A stretch of DNA of 60,255 nt, the filler included, from Rhabdomonas costata (taxonomy: Eukaryota), in assembly GCA_019059605.1 (NCBI GenBank). It is 13 parts of 13 records of this genome, joined end to end, with 100 filler letters (N's around TTAATTAATTAA, not from the genome) between each part and the next. Parts side by side here need not be neighbours in the genome. Positions count along the whole stretch, not along the records: positions 37,204 to 41,735 come from JAHMHO010000216.1; positions 41,836 to 46,355 come from JAHMHO010000217.1; positions 46,456 to 50,984 come from JAHMHO010000218.1; 10 more parts are not named here. The stretch is one strand, 5' to 3'. Below, one piece after another: positions 37,344 through 48,603 of the stretch. The position numbers and the translations under genes were made by a program. The notes below the pieces were generated by a model. That model was not told the origin of the DNA, did not search any database, and saw nothing but the letters and a program-made list of their open reading frames with translations. Numbering within the stretch: position 1 is the first letter of the stretch; every line of letters begins with the position of its first letter.

Positions 37344-39128
37344 GCAAAAAAACACATAAATGAAGTGAGAACATGCACAGAGAGAACAGTGTGAGGGATC
37401 AAACAGCTGTGCGGAAGAGGCGGCAAGAATGACATCAATGCCTTGACATTTTCTGAAGGTAATCATTAACCGCTCGGAGGGCAATGGGGACCATGAGGGA
37501 AGGAGGGTCCACGGCACCCGAGAAGGGACGAGCCCTCAGATCTATGAGCGCCTGAAATTTGAATTGATTGTTTGATGAGATGTTTCCTTCACATTGACCC
37601 CTTCACCAAACCATACGGGCAGCGACCGACGCGAATGCGGCGCACGTTTACCAAAATGCTGTGAAGGCCGAAGCAGTCAACTGACTTCACACCCCATCCT
37701 TTTCTTAACCTCACATGGCTTGGAGCGCACAGTGATTCTTAGGGAGGCCGGGATGGTCCAGAAGCACTTTACTGCACAATGGCAAAACAAAGCTGTTGTT
37801 GCGCTGAAGCCGGGGTGCAGGGCTGAGAACCGCACAGTACGGTGGGGGTCCTCACAAAAGGTTTAGAGGTGCTTATCGGAAGAAAAGCCCTCCAGCGAGT
37901 TAAACCTCTCCCACAACCTCCTCTTCCGCTGGCTTTCAGTCTCGGACGTACCAGGGAGGGATAAGTCGGGGAAAAACTTCACCCTCAGTGTTCGGCCCGA
38001 GGAAACACAACAGGACTATATTCCTTTGTCGACCTCTTATACCCAGGGTTATTGAACAGCCATGGCATCCCAAAAACAAGCCCGCGACAACCTCATCGGT
38101 CCTCCCACAAAGAAGGCACAGAAGGCGACCAGAGAGAGGCAGAGAGAGATCACACAGCGTGGTCCTACCCAGCTCTACCAAGGCTGGTTCTTCGGCAGAG
38201 ACCCAACAGGAAGGAAGTAGTTCCACGTGGCAGAGAAGTGGTGTTGGTGGTGAGCCTGATGATACGTAGAGTATTCGGGTCGGATAGTTAACACCTTCCA
38301 CCTTCTTGAAGTACTTCGGCACCGCTCTGATTTCCTAGGTATCACCAACTCCATTTTACTGCTTAGTCTTGAACGTCGCCAATGCGGGCTAAAATGACAT
38401 GTAAGGGCAAAAAATAAATACGCATGCACACGTTTGGAGCACCTAAAAGCCTTTCAAAAATGGGGCTACCTGGGTGAAAATGTACCTTCCCAAATCGACC
38501 TACGTTTGTATTTCGCATGCCTGGGATGCCGAAAAAACGCCTTTTTCGCGGTTTTCTCGCGCTTTTAGGCTCGATCTGTCCATTTTTCTCGTCTTCTAGT
38601 CCTTCTAATGCCGCCTTACACCCCTCCCTCTGCAAAGGAAACCCGGGGCGCCGGAGCCGGGGGGGATAAGAAACTCGTCCAGTGTGTGCGCTTTATTTTT
38701 GATGGATCGGGCGGAACGCGGCGACGTGACGTGGATATACCTGCAAACGTATGCAATTTGCGGATCTCATCCCTGCTGCTCCTTTGCATCAGAAGAACTA
38801 CAACTACGCCCATATCATGAGGACCATGAATAAGCTCCGTATAAACCCGCGCAAGCACACTTAGGGTGGGCCACATTTACCCAATCCCCCAATTCCCTTT
38901 CCAATAGAAACCCCCCAACAAAAATCGTACACATTCAATTTCCTGAAACGTGAGGTCTCCAAGAGAGCCAAAAAAACACAACATGCAAAGGCACCGGGAC
39001 ACAGATTTTGCCAAACACAACTCGCGATCCAACACAATCTGAACAAAAGGAAGCACCCTATAGCCTCCACATTCGGAACCGCACGGCGGTGAATAGTACA
39101 GCTGCAACCTTGTCGAAAAAACGCGGTT

Positions 39129-41720
39129 CTACTCCGCTGGGCGGATGGCCTGACCAGTCTTAAGTAAAGATGGGGCCAGCGAATTTTCCGAAAGCACAAT
39201 CCCCCGGACTTCCACTTCGGATTCCAAGTTCCAGAGCTGGATCGTCTTGTCAAAGCTTCCGCTCACAACGCGACTCCCGTCGGGGCTAACCCCCACCGCA
39301 ATCACATAGCTCATGTGGCCAGAGAGGGTTCGCTCCAGCACCCCGGTTTGCAGATTCCAAACTTTGACCGTGCTGTCGGCACTTCCGCTAACCACGCGAT
39401 TTCCGTCGGAACTAATCGCTACCGCAAAGACCATGTGAGTGTGTGCAGTGAGGGTCCGCTCTTGTTGGCCGGACTGCAAGTTCCAGATCCCAATTGTGTT
39501 GTCGGCAGTTCCGCTCACAACATACTTCCCGTTTGGGCTAAATGCGACAGCGAGGATGTCCTCGGTTTTGCCTGTAAGAGTTTGTTCCTCCTTCCCACTC
39601 ACCAAATTCCACACCTTGATTGTGCCTTTCCGACCACCACTGGCAAGCCGGGTCCCGTTGAAGCTAATGGTGAGCGGAATGAAGTCACCCGCGTTGCCAC
39701 TGAGGGTTCGCTCCAACCTTCCAGACCGCAGGTTCCAAATCTTAATGATGCCATCGGCACTTCCGCTGACAAGGCGGTTCGCGTCCGGGCTAATGACAAC
39801 CGCTCTGACGTCGCTTTTGTGGCCAGTGAGGGTGCGCACCACCTTCCCCGTAAGCAGGTTCCAAACCTTGACCGTGCCGTCGTCACTTCCGCTCACAAGG
39901 CGACTCCCGTTGGGGCTTATTGCCACCGCTCTAACCCAGCCCGTGTGACCTGTAAGGGTGCGCTCCAACTTCCCGGACTCTAGGTTCCACAGCTTGATTG
40001 TCTTGTCCCAACTTCCACTCGCGAGAAGATTACCGTCGGGGCTGATCGATACCGAAAATACCCAGCCGGTGTGACCACGCAGAGGTTCCTCACCACAAAA
40101 CAGTCCCCCAAGGGATGCCTCTCGAAGGTCCACGTCCACGAGCCGAGGGTGAGTCAAGACAGCATATCGAAGGTCCACCCCCCACCAGCAGCTCTCCATG
40201 ACTTGCAGGCCATCCAAGTGCGCGCCAGCGAAGCGGCACCCAGTGAGGTCCCATCCTCGGATCTCGTGCCCCGCCGCAGCTATCAGCGTCATCGCGTTGG
40301 CCGCAGCACGGCAACGCCGGCCCTCCGCCGTGCTATCCCAAAGACTCGCCGAGCTCTCCTCACCGCAGGACTGGTGCGTGTCCCCTCGCGTTGCTTCCAC
40401 AATACCTCGCAGGGCCGCCACCCAGCTCTGCTGGTCCTCTACGGGGCAATGCGCATGCAGGTCCCGCACAAAGCCTCGCACCGCGGGAAGACTGCCCAGG
40501 TCTAGCCCACCACTGCAGAGCTCCTCCGTCAGCGCCTGGGGCTGCCTCAGCAGGAGCTGCGCAGCAAAGAATTCCTGCAGGCTGAGGTGCGAGAACGACA
40601 CCAGGGCCTTCATCTCTCGCAGCCGACCCATACGCATTGGGGAGCTCAGCAGAAGCCCATCCACAAGCCCTCTCTCCTCCGCACTCTCCGGCCCTTCGCT
40701 GGAGTCTTTGAGGGAAGAGAGGCACGCTCTCAGGTGACGCCGGAAAATCTTCCGCACGGCTTCCATGGGCAGGTGGGTCTCTCGGCGGACGCTCAGCTGC
40801 AGAGCCACCTCTTGGCAGGAGCTCAGCACAACGGACACAGCTGAAGTTCCTTCGTGCGGGAACTTCGGAACGTAACTCAGGCGGACTGCCACCTCTCCCT
40901 TCACTTGACCCCCCAAAACAATGCGGTACACCTCTCCACGATTCAGAGCCTGCTGCCGCGGCTTCTCGAACTCCTGCAGCTCTGCCTCGGAGGCAGTGCA
41001 CAGCATGGCGGCCAACACCGGCGTCGCGGTGAGCTCCCGGAGCTTAGGGAGACTCTGCACGCGAGGCACAAGTTTGGAAGCTCTGGCATGCGCTTCCGAT
41101 GCAGCACAGGCCCGTGCGTTCTCGTTGTACCGGGAGACGACCTCCTGACGGGCTGCTCTCATTTCTCGCAGCATCACCGCGTTGTTTTTCTTTCCTTTCC
41201 GGGAATGGTGCAGCCCCTTCTCAATCATTTCGTGAGCTTCGGCGGCTTGGCGGGGCTTCAGCTTTTCCTTTCCCAGGGCTTCTTCAAAAGCCAAGCGTGT
41301 CATCGAAGAATGGGCTAACAGGCGGAAGTCTTCCTCGGAAAAGGGCTTCACCCAATGTTCTGTAGCTGCGGCGCGGGACCCAAGCACTTCGCTCACTTCG
41401 GGCACCGCCTCGGGGCGCGAGGTCACCACAACCCATCGCAGAGCTGGCCCAACCACTCGCCAAAGCAAGTCCACCAGCCCTCCACCGGCAATCACGGTGT
41501 CTCGAATGCTGGGCATGACTTCGTCCCATGAGTCGCAGATCAGCACAATGCTTTGCTCCTCAGCAACGCCAAAGTCCTCTCCGCTCAAACCCAGGGAAGA
41601 CCGGTAGAACCGACTCAAGCCGGCATCCATATCCTTCAGGTCCTCACCAAGCAAGGGCAGAGACAAAAAGATGACCTGAAGACCCGGGACGGAGAGGAGG
41701 TTGTGCTGAAGCAGAAGCAC
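39129..41720 (-). CDS. NACHT-type STAND NTPase + pentapeptide-like linker + 7 WD40 repeats (NLR-like), intronless, 5'-truncated
   Basis: 863-aa open frame: Walker B LICDSWDE, VVVTSRPE, TPVLAAMLC, winged-helix FSHLSLQEFFAA, AAANAMTL, pentapeptide-like DLTGCRFAGAHLDG/DLREASL, and seven 42-aa repeats ending in WN (~40083-39229). Confidence 0.9.
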   Translation of the reverse strand: MLLLQHNLLSVPGLQVIFLSLPLLGEDLKDMDAGLSRFYRSSLGLSGEDFGVAEEQSIVLICDSWDEVMPSIRDTVIAGGGLVDLLWRVVGPALRWVVVTSRPEAVPEVSEVLGSRAAATEHWVKPFSEEDFRLLAHSSMTRLAFEEALGKEKLKPRQAAEAHEMIEKGLHHSRKGKKNNAVMLREMRAARQEVVSRYNENARACAASEAHARASKLVPRVQSLPKLRELTATPVLAAMLCTASEAELQEFEKPRQQALNRGEVYRIVLGGQVKGEVAVRLSYVPKFPHEGTSAVSVVLSSCQEVALQLSVRRETHLPMEAVRKIFRRHLRACLSSLKDSSEGPESAEERGLVDGLLLSSPMRMGRLREMKALVSFSHLSLQEFFAAQLLLRQPQALTEELCSGGLDLGSLPAVRGFVRDLHAHCPVEDQQSWVAALRGIVEATRGDTHQSCGEESSASLWDSTAEGRRCRAAANAMTLIAAAGHEIRGWDLTGCRFAGAHLDGLQVMESCWWGVDLRYAVLTHPRLVDVDLREASLGGLFCGEEPLRGHTGWVFSVSISPDGNLLASGSWDKTIKLWNLESGKLERTLTGHTGWVRAVAISPNGSRLVSGSDDGTVKVWNLLTGKVVRTLTGHKSDVRAVVISPDANRLVSGSADGIIKIWNLRSGRLERTLSGNAGDFIPLTISFNGTRLASGGRKGTIKVWNLVSGKEEQTLTGKTEDILAVAFSPNGKYVVSGTADNTIGIWNLQSGQQERTLTAHTHMVFAVAISSDGNRVVSGSADSTVKVWNLQTGVLERTLSGHMSYVIAVGVSPDGSRVVSGSFDKTIQLWNLESEVEVRGIVLSENSLAPSLLKTGQAIRPAE

Positions 41721-41837
41721 CCCCCAAACACACCANNNNNNNNNNNNNNNNNNNNNNNNNNNNNNNNNNNNNNNNNNNNTTAATTAATTAANNNNNNNNN
41801 NNNNNNNNNNNNNNNNNNNNNNNNNNNNNNNNNNNTT

Positions 41838-42039
41838 TGTTGGGGACATTAAAAAAGGCGTTCATTTTTCAAACCATAACGGGCGGCACTACGTTCTGGG
41901 ACCATTGCAGCTCACCACGCTGGCCTCCCGAATCAACGTGAAGCCTGGGAACCTCTCTGAAAGGTATCCTTTTCTCCAGTTTTCGCCGTGCTGCCCGTTA
42001 TGGTTTGAAAAATGAACGCCTTTTTTAATGTCCCAAACA
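41838..42039. repeat. Contig-terminal inverted repeat (~52-bp arms, ~100-bp spacer)
   Basis: gggacattaaaaaaggcgttcatttttcaaaccataacgggc pairs with gcccgttatggtttgaaaaatgaacgccttttttaatgtccc. Confidence 0.9.
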
Positions 42040-43712
42040 TCCTCACGCAATTTCCTGGTTTCCGGTGTGCTGACTGCACTGCGGTTGCCAAGTGAGTGGC
42101 CTTACGCTGCTGCTTTTCGCAGAAAGAAGTTTTCGTTCCTGGCCAGCCGGCTGCTGATTCTGACGCAGTTCATGCTACGCGCTGGATTCCGGGACTCTAT
42201 GGATCCCAGCGTGCTGCCTCTGTTTGTTCTGAAGGAGGCCGCAGAGGCCCCAGGCGTGTGTGTGAGGTTCGCAATGTCTATCGGATGTTGCTTGGGGTCC
42301 TCCAAGCGGAGGTTGAGGTGTGAAGGTTCCCAGATGCGCGGGGGGCCCCATTTGAATTGAACACAGACGCAGACGCCTTTAACAACACTCGACACCCTTC
42401 ATCGTAATGGCGCTTTGAGCACTAACAGTTGGCGCCTCCCTTGCCCGCCGCACCGTGATGCATGCACTCGTTTGCACGTGCTCGTGGTCTTTTACTCCCA
42501 ATTTCTTGACAGGTGGTCCTTGTTCGTTTTTTTAGAGAACGGTTCGTGGGGTTCTTTTTTTCTTGTGGGGGAAGCACCAGGCCAGTTTTTGAATCTCGGA
42601 CAGGTGTAGGGTTTTCATTGCGCATGCTGCGTACAAAGGGGCGTACCCAGAAGCTCTTCTTCATGGGCTGCTGACGGCTCTGCTGCTGTTTTCCCCTTCG
42701 CTGGGTTTTGGCTGAAGGCATTCTCCGCGGGCGGGATGTGCTGGCTGGCCTGTGTGCTGCAGCTCATCGCGAGGCGGGGTGCCGCCACACATACGGGGAT
42801 TAGGGCTGCCGCTGGTATTTTTGGGCTTTAGCAAGTTCCTGTTTTGCCATTTTATGGTTCGGGTTGGACCTCTTAGGCGTTTTTCTGGAGCTTTGCGGTG
42901 AAAGTGCTGATGATGGGGTGCACGCTATTGTTTATGAGACCGTTCCTTTGTGCGGATACATAGTTTCGGGTAAAATGCACAAATATTGTTGTTTATGTGT
43001 ACTTCTTCTTGCTGTCGACAGGGGTAGGATGCAACTCCAGCGGTTGCACAAAAATTTGGCTGCTCCATATGTCTTACAATCCGTACAATTGTGGATGCGT
43101 GGCCCAAGTCGGAAACGGGTGGAGCAGGGCGATGGAGGGGATACGTCCCCTGTCACATTACCCGTCGATTCAGAAAAACCTGACTGACTCGAAAAGATTT
43201 GAAGTGTCGATTTATCGAAACTGATGTTTCGGGAATCGAATTGTTGGTTAATCGCTCGAATCCGCGCGATTTATCGCGCTTATTATCAATGGGAACCAAG
43301 GTTATGAAAGGAAACTTTGATTGTGCAAAAAATACTTAGAAAGTTTTGCTCGATTTATTCGAGAGAATATTTTGCCCTTACCTGCCAAGTTGGCGCATAA
43401 GTACGACCTGTAGCCCCTCCTATACGACACGAAATTGCACATTGACCGCGCACCAAATCCTGACACTCGGCGGGGGAGGGGGCCACGGACTACTTCTCGA
43501 TCAACAACCGACACACGCATTGGGACACCGCCCGAGTCCGATTTTAAGCGCCGCGGAGCGTTCTCAGCAACATGTCGTACATGTATATCAATGACCAAAT
43601 ACCTAAATAATACCGGGCAGAGTGCTCATCACTCAATTCGTTTATGCCTCCGTCCCAATCCGCAGACGGTTGTAGTAGTGTCCTGGTGGGTCTCACTTGT
43701 CTCACTTATCAG

Positions 43713-44631
43713 GTGAGGACCTCACGGTGTTGGCATGCGGGCTTGCCCTGCGGGTGATCTCCCAGGTAGCCCTTCCAGAGCCCACCCCACAGGACCTTCG
43801 GGAGATCCTGGCGTGGATCCTGGCGCTTCCCCCCGACGGCGGCTGGCCCTCGGCGGAGCTCACACTGGCGCTGACCGACCTGGTGCGGCAGGGCGTGAAT
43901 GTGGCTATGGCGAACCCGGTGAAGGCGCTCACACCCAGCGAGGTTTGTGAGGCATCCCCTCCCCACAAACAAACGGCCGCTGATCAAGGTACGAGCACCT
44001 TTTCCTGACTCGTTGTGTCTGTGGCTGAGGGGGAGGGAAATTGAAGGAATGTGAAGGAGGAGGAAATGATATTGCTGCCCGTTTTTCGAACTCGCAGGGA
44101 CTACCACCGCTGCTTCAGAGGCTGCTGCAGGCGCAGGAGCCCGGGAAGACCCGGGAGGCAGGGGAGAAGCTGAGGGCCCTTGCCGACCAGGGGCTTCGAG
44201 AGAACCCAGGGTGTGACGTTCTTGCCGTGCTCTTCTTTGGGGGAGGGTTGGGAGGGTGGTAGTGCTTCTTACAAATTTCTGTTTTGCGGCTGTTGCGGGC
44301 TCCAGTCTTTCACTTTCGCACCATCAGCAGAAGGTCTCAGACCTAGAGAGAGGGAAGGGCCCATGGAACACTCACGCACAGTGAGGCCTTCAGTCGATGA
44401 CGCACACTTACCTTCACGCAAAGGGTGGAGGCTATGATCGGTGCCACGCTGGCATTTGTGGAGAGGTGGAGGGGCCGGAAGTACCTGCTGCCTCCCCAGG
44501 CGCCGGCGGCGACTTGCCCTGCGCCGGCCATGAAAGCCCCGGTCTCCGCCTGGAAAGATGGAGCTGTGGTGCAGCGAGGTGGTGCTGCTGGAGAGGACGC
44601 TTCCTCGTCTTTGGCACGGGAAGATATGAAG
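43713..44631 (+). CDS. Hypothetical protein; exons 43713-43942, 44098-44210, 44424-44631 (gene probably extends both ways)
   Basis: GC-rich, phase-compatible GT-AG exons (DLREILAWILALPPDGGWPSAEL...; GLPPLLQRLLQAQ...). No family was recognised. Confidence 0.55.
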
Positions 44632-47478
44632 GTCCGTTGAGCAGGGCGAGCTTGAAATTTCTGTATCTTGCTCACACACCAGCTTTCCTTTGGACTATTT
44701 CTTTTTTTTTGAACGCAACACCTTCGCACCTCCATCTATCTATTTTTCGGCTTCCTTGTCTCATGGATCCTTGGACGATGAAGCTGTTGCTACTAGTCAA
44801 GTTAACCTGCTATTACCCATGAAAACGTGTAGTTTTCTATCCATAGTACGGGTATACAGTGGAACCCATGGGAACTCACGGGAGAAAAGGGAAGTCTGCA
44901 GTGCTGGATGCTACCGCTCTGCTGTGTTGTTCCGCGAGCTAATCTTTTTGAAAAAAAAACCTGTCCCGCCCCCGGCTTTCCATTTCAGTGTTCTTGTGGT
45001 TCGAGCATGGGCTGTTGGGTGCATGGGATACCAGGGTCTATGCAGTTCGCCCATGGGGTACGATCGAATTGTATTAGGGTCAAGAAAACGGTTCTGCATT
45101 GGCTTTCTGGGGGGTCTGCATTTTCGCGGTTGCAAAGTGACACAGTGAGGAAGGGTGGATCTGACTGTGTTAGGTGGATGCGCACCGCGCTTTTACAATC
45201 GAACTGCTGCAAGTGCGTTGGCTTTGTGTTTTGAACACCCTCAGACTTTGTCTACACCCTGCCCTCGCTGATGCCCTGGATCGCGTACTACCGCGCCAAG
45301 CTCGTAGGCGGGACCAGTCCAAAGCGGCAGCTTCTGCTTGCACCTGGGGTCAGTGCTCCGGAGGGGCACCTCCCCGCACACGCACAGCACTTCTAAACCA
45401 ACCGCCACCACCTTTCCTCTTTTTGGTTTTCGCTTCTCCTACTGTTTTTTTTGTTGAAACTCCCCCAGTGTGGTTTCTAACTTTTCTATCTATTTCACGG
45501 TTAAGCGCGACTCACTGGCGCTCACTGGCTACGCCCTCCTTGACGTTTGATAGTCTCTCTTCGTTCCTTGTGGGTGGAGGGACAAAGGGATGGCTGTCGG
45601 AACCCTTGGGAAAGGGGAAGAGGAGCAATCGGGGGGTCCTCAGGCCGTATCCAAGGCGTTTCCCTCCCCGGAGCCCCCGCCGCGGCCAAACTCCCGTGGG
45701 GCCTCTGAGGTTGCCATCGCGCCCCCAAAGGTCGAGGGCCTGGGCTTGAGCCACCCAGCAGTGGCTATCTGTTTCTTGTTGCGTGTTTCTTGTTTTTGGT
45801 TTGCTTGTGTATGTTTGCTTGGCTCCAGCGTGTTCCGGTCTCCTTCCCTTGTTCCTGCGACAAGTAAAATGATGCTGCTTGACCGAAAGAATGACCTGCT
45901 GGTCCTCTTTTGAAAATGAAAATTGAAAGGTGGAACGGAGGCCAAGTGCATGTCCATTTCCTGTTGTGTTCCTTCGGTTTTGTTCATCTGGGCGCGGTTT
46001 TTGCCGCGGTTATTCAATTTCCCCTTTACCAGGGCACATTGTTGCCTTCCCGAATCCGACACTCGAATCCGCGGTGAAGCAACCTTTCTGTCTGCTGCAC
46101 GGGGCTTTCGTTCCGCCGCTGATCGTGGAACATGGTAATCGGGTGGGCAGAGGCCGTGGTGGCCGGTCACATGTATCCTCGCATGCATGACGAGCGGCAG
46201 TTGCGGGTTGGGGTTAGAGGTGAGGGGCGCCTGTTCAGGTGCCCACCACCTTTGGGGAGGTCTTGGAGGTTGCCCTGGAGGAGCTCGCCATGGGGCGGCT
46301 GCTGTGTGGGGTGCACCTTCTGCTGGAGGCCTCCAGGCGAAGGTGCACCCCCACANNNNNNNNNNNNNNNNNNNNNNNNNNNNNNNNNNNNNNNNNNNNT
46401 TAATTAATTAANNNNNNNNNNNNNNNNNNNNNNNNNNNNNNNNNNNNNNNNNNNNGGGTGGTGGTTCCGCTCAGTATGCATCCATTCGCAGGTTTCAGCT
46501 TTTTTTTCGCAGGTTTTGCGTTCTGTAGCTTTTTGTCACGATTGTATTTTCCCCCGCGCTTTTGTTTGCTCTCTTCTTGGGTCACCTTTTCACCCTTATA
46601 AGGTCGTTTTTTAGCTTTGCGGTTTTGTGGCTGACCTTGGAGCTGCTTTTTTTGTGCTGATCTGACTTTTGGTTCTTTGACTGAAAATGAGACCCAACCA
46701 ACCTAGGGTGCTTAGACATTCTGGGGGAAAGGCGATATGAGGCGAGGGACCAGGAGGCGCAGTATTTCCCCTTTCAAAAACCAACCTAATTTGGCCCGCT
46801 TCGGCTTCGCCCCTCTTCGCAAATTTAATAAATATTGGGCAGCTGAAAAATCCACGAGAACAAACGCGTCTATAAAAACTGCGCCATCATCTCCCGAACC
46901 CGGTCGTTGGAAGGGGCTCCACCCGAATTCGTGCATCACAAGCACATCGCCAAAAGGCTTAGGGAAGAGTGGTAGAGTATAAGATCCACTATATTTCACG
47001 CCTCCGCTTCCGAGAGAGGGAGACGTGAAGCATTTTCTGAAAAAGTGGATACGGGAGGTGTGTCTTTCTCTATAGTTTTCGCCTTGGTAATATCTTGCTC
47101 TGAGGCAGATAGTAATCTTGAGCGGGCGAGGTGCAGTCCGCAATAACAGAATGCACCTTCGTAATTGCCGATTACACTTCCATTCCCATCCAAACAGTTC
47201 ACATGATTCAAACGTTGGCAGGGGGTCAGCACGAAATACCAATGGCACATTCCAGGGGTCTTAAGCTGGCTCGTGAATATGTAATGTAGTTTCTCTTGGA
47301 AGGGATACCCGAATTCTCGAAACGAAGTCAAAGCGCATTTTGCGCCCCCACTGCATGTGGAAATCTTCGATGTTCCGCCAGCACCAGCAATCGCGGGCTG
47401 GTGTGCGCCCTGCACGAGCAGGGAAGTAACTGGGGCAATCCCATCCGCTTCCGAGGAGGGCTCCACAGCCACTCATAT

Positions 47479-48603
47479 TCATGCCTTGCGTTCGTAGATG
47501 TACACCTCGGAAGTGCCCCAAGAGCAGTCCAGCCCAATATCTCGCACAAGAGCCAGGTTTTCGAGCACCACGCACCCCGAGCCCTCTCTGAACTTCTGCA
47601 GGGTCAGAAGTAATCTTACCTTCCCTAACAGGCAACAAATGGTGTGTGAGTACTGTTATTTTGCTGATACAAACATCGAAATAATTCAAGATAGGAACGC
47701 AGGAGCCATGCGTACACGTTCACACACCCAACGAGTTCACTTTGCGAGCCACTGCTTGCATGGTGCTGAAGCTGAATGTTACGGAGGCTAGGAAGATAAC
47801 TGTGACATCGGACAGATCAGCCTGCCCCACCCCAACCCGCAAAACAGGAAACCCCACAAAATGCGAGGTGAAAACATCCAAGCAAAAACCAAAACGACAC
47901 CGTCAAAAAATCACCCTCGATGATTTCCAAGCGCCTTTCTGCAGGTCTCCGTATTTTTTCCGCTGCAGCCTTGGCCTTGACGCATCGATTGTGCGAGAGT
48001 TCAATTCCTGAAGAAACATACCAAAATGCATACCGAAAGTATTCATAATAACATCAGAGTTCTGCATATGACTCGAGCAGCTCAAATTGTCCAAAACTCC
48101 AACACTCTGGAATCACATCTCACGATCTCCTGGTTCCGCATAGCTTTCCTTGCTTTTTTTCTTCGAGCAATTGCTGCTGCTTGTGTGCTGCTTTTCCGTC
48201 CTACTTTAGAAATAAACCACACGGAAACTACCTTTCACTGCGCACGCTTGCCCGTCAAGAAAAACTTGCAGGCAAAGCCGCCCAACGCCACAGCCCAAAT
48301 CGCAGAAAACGTCTTCCGGAGTCAACTTAAGGATATTCTCCAGCAAATATGAGCACCCTGTTCGCGAGCGAAGGACGATGGCAACAAATGATCAAAGCCA
48401 AACGCGACTTTTCAGTGCAGTTGAAATGAAAGTGCAGCATTGGGTTTGGGCATATACAAAGCCTCCCTTTTTCATTTGGTGTCCAGAAAATAGACATGTG
48501 CGAGGAGATACCAACCGGGGTCACCTCTCCGTAGGTTCCCTCGTGGCCTCCACTGGCAAAGTCAGCAACGTCAGAGGCCGAAAGTGCCTCCCCTCCAACA
48601 TCC
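47479..48603 (-). CDS. DOT1-like class I SAM-dependent methyltransferase; exons 48603-48512, 48357-48232, 48007-47901, 47821-47728, 47624-47479; 5' exons unresolved
   Basis: Spliced GTYGEVTPVGCSYLLENILKLTPEDVFCDLGCGVGRLCLQ...GIELS...IIEGDFLTADLSDVTVIFLASVTF...DCSWGTSEVYIYERKA* has the YGE, DxFxDLGxGxG, GIE, GDF, VIF and SW..Y.Y motifs of the DOT1 fold. All introns are GT-AG and in phase. Confidence 0.85.

Noticed and set aside
39315-41318. Several plus-strand ORFs overlapping the NACHT-WD40 gene
   Set aside because: They are antisense shadows of a GC-rich repetitive coding region and have no motifs of their own.
46712-47248. 178-aa ORF as a gene
   Set aside because: No recognisable motif, no convincing splice chain, and no host-like codon bias.
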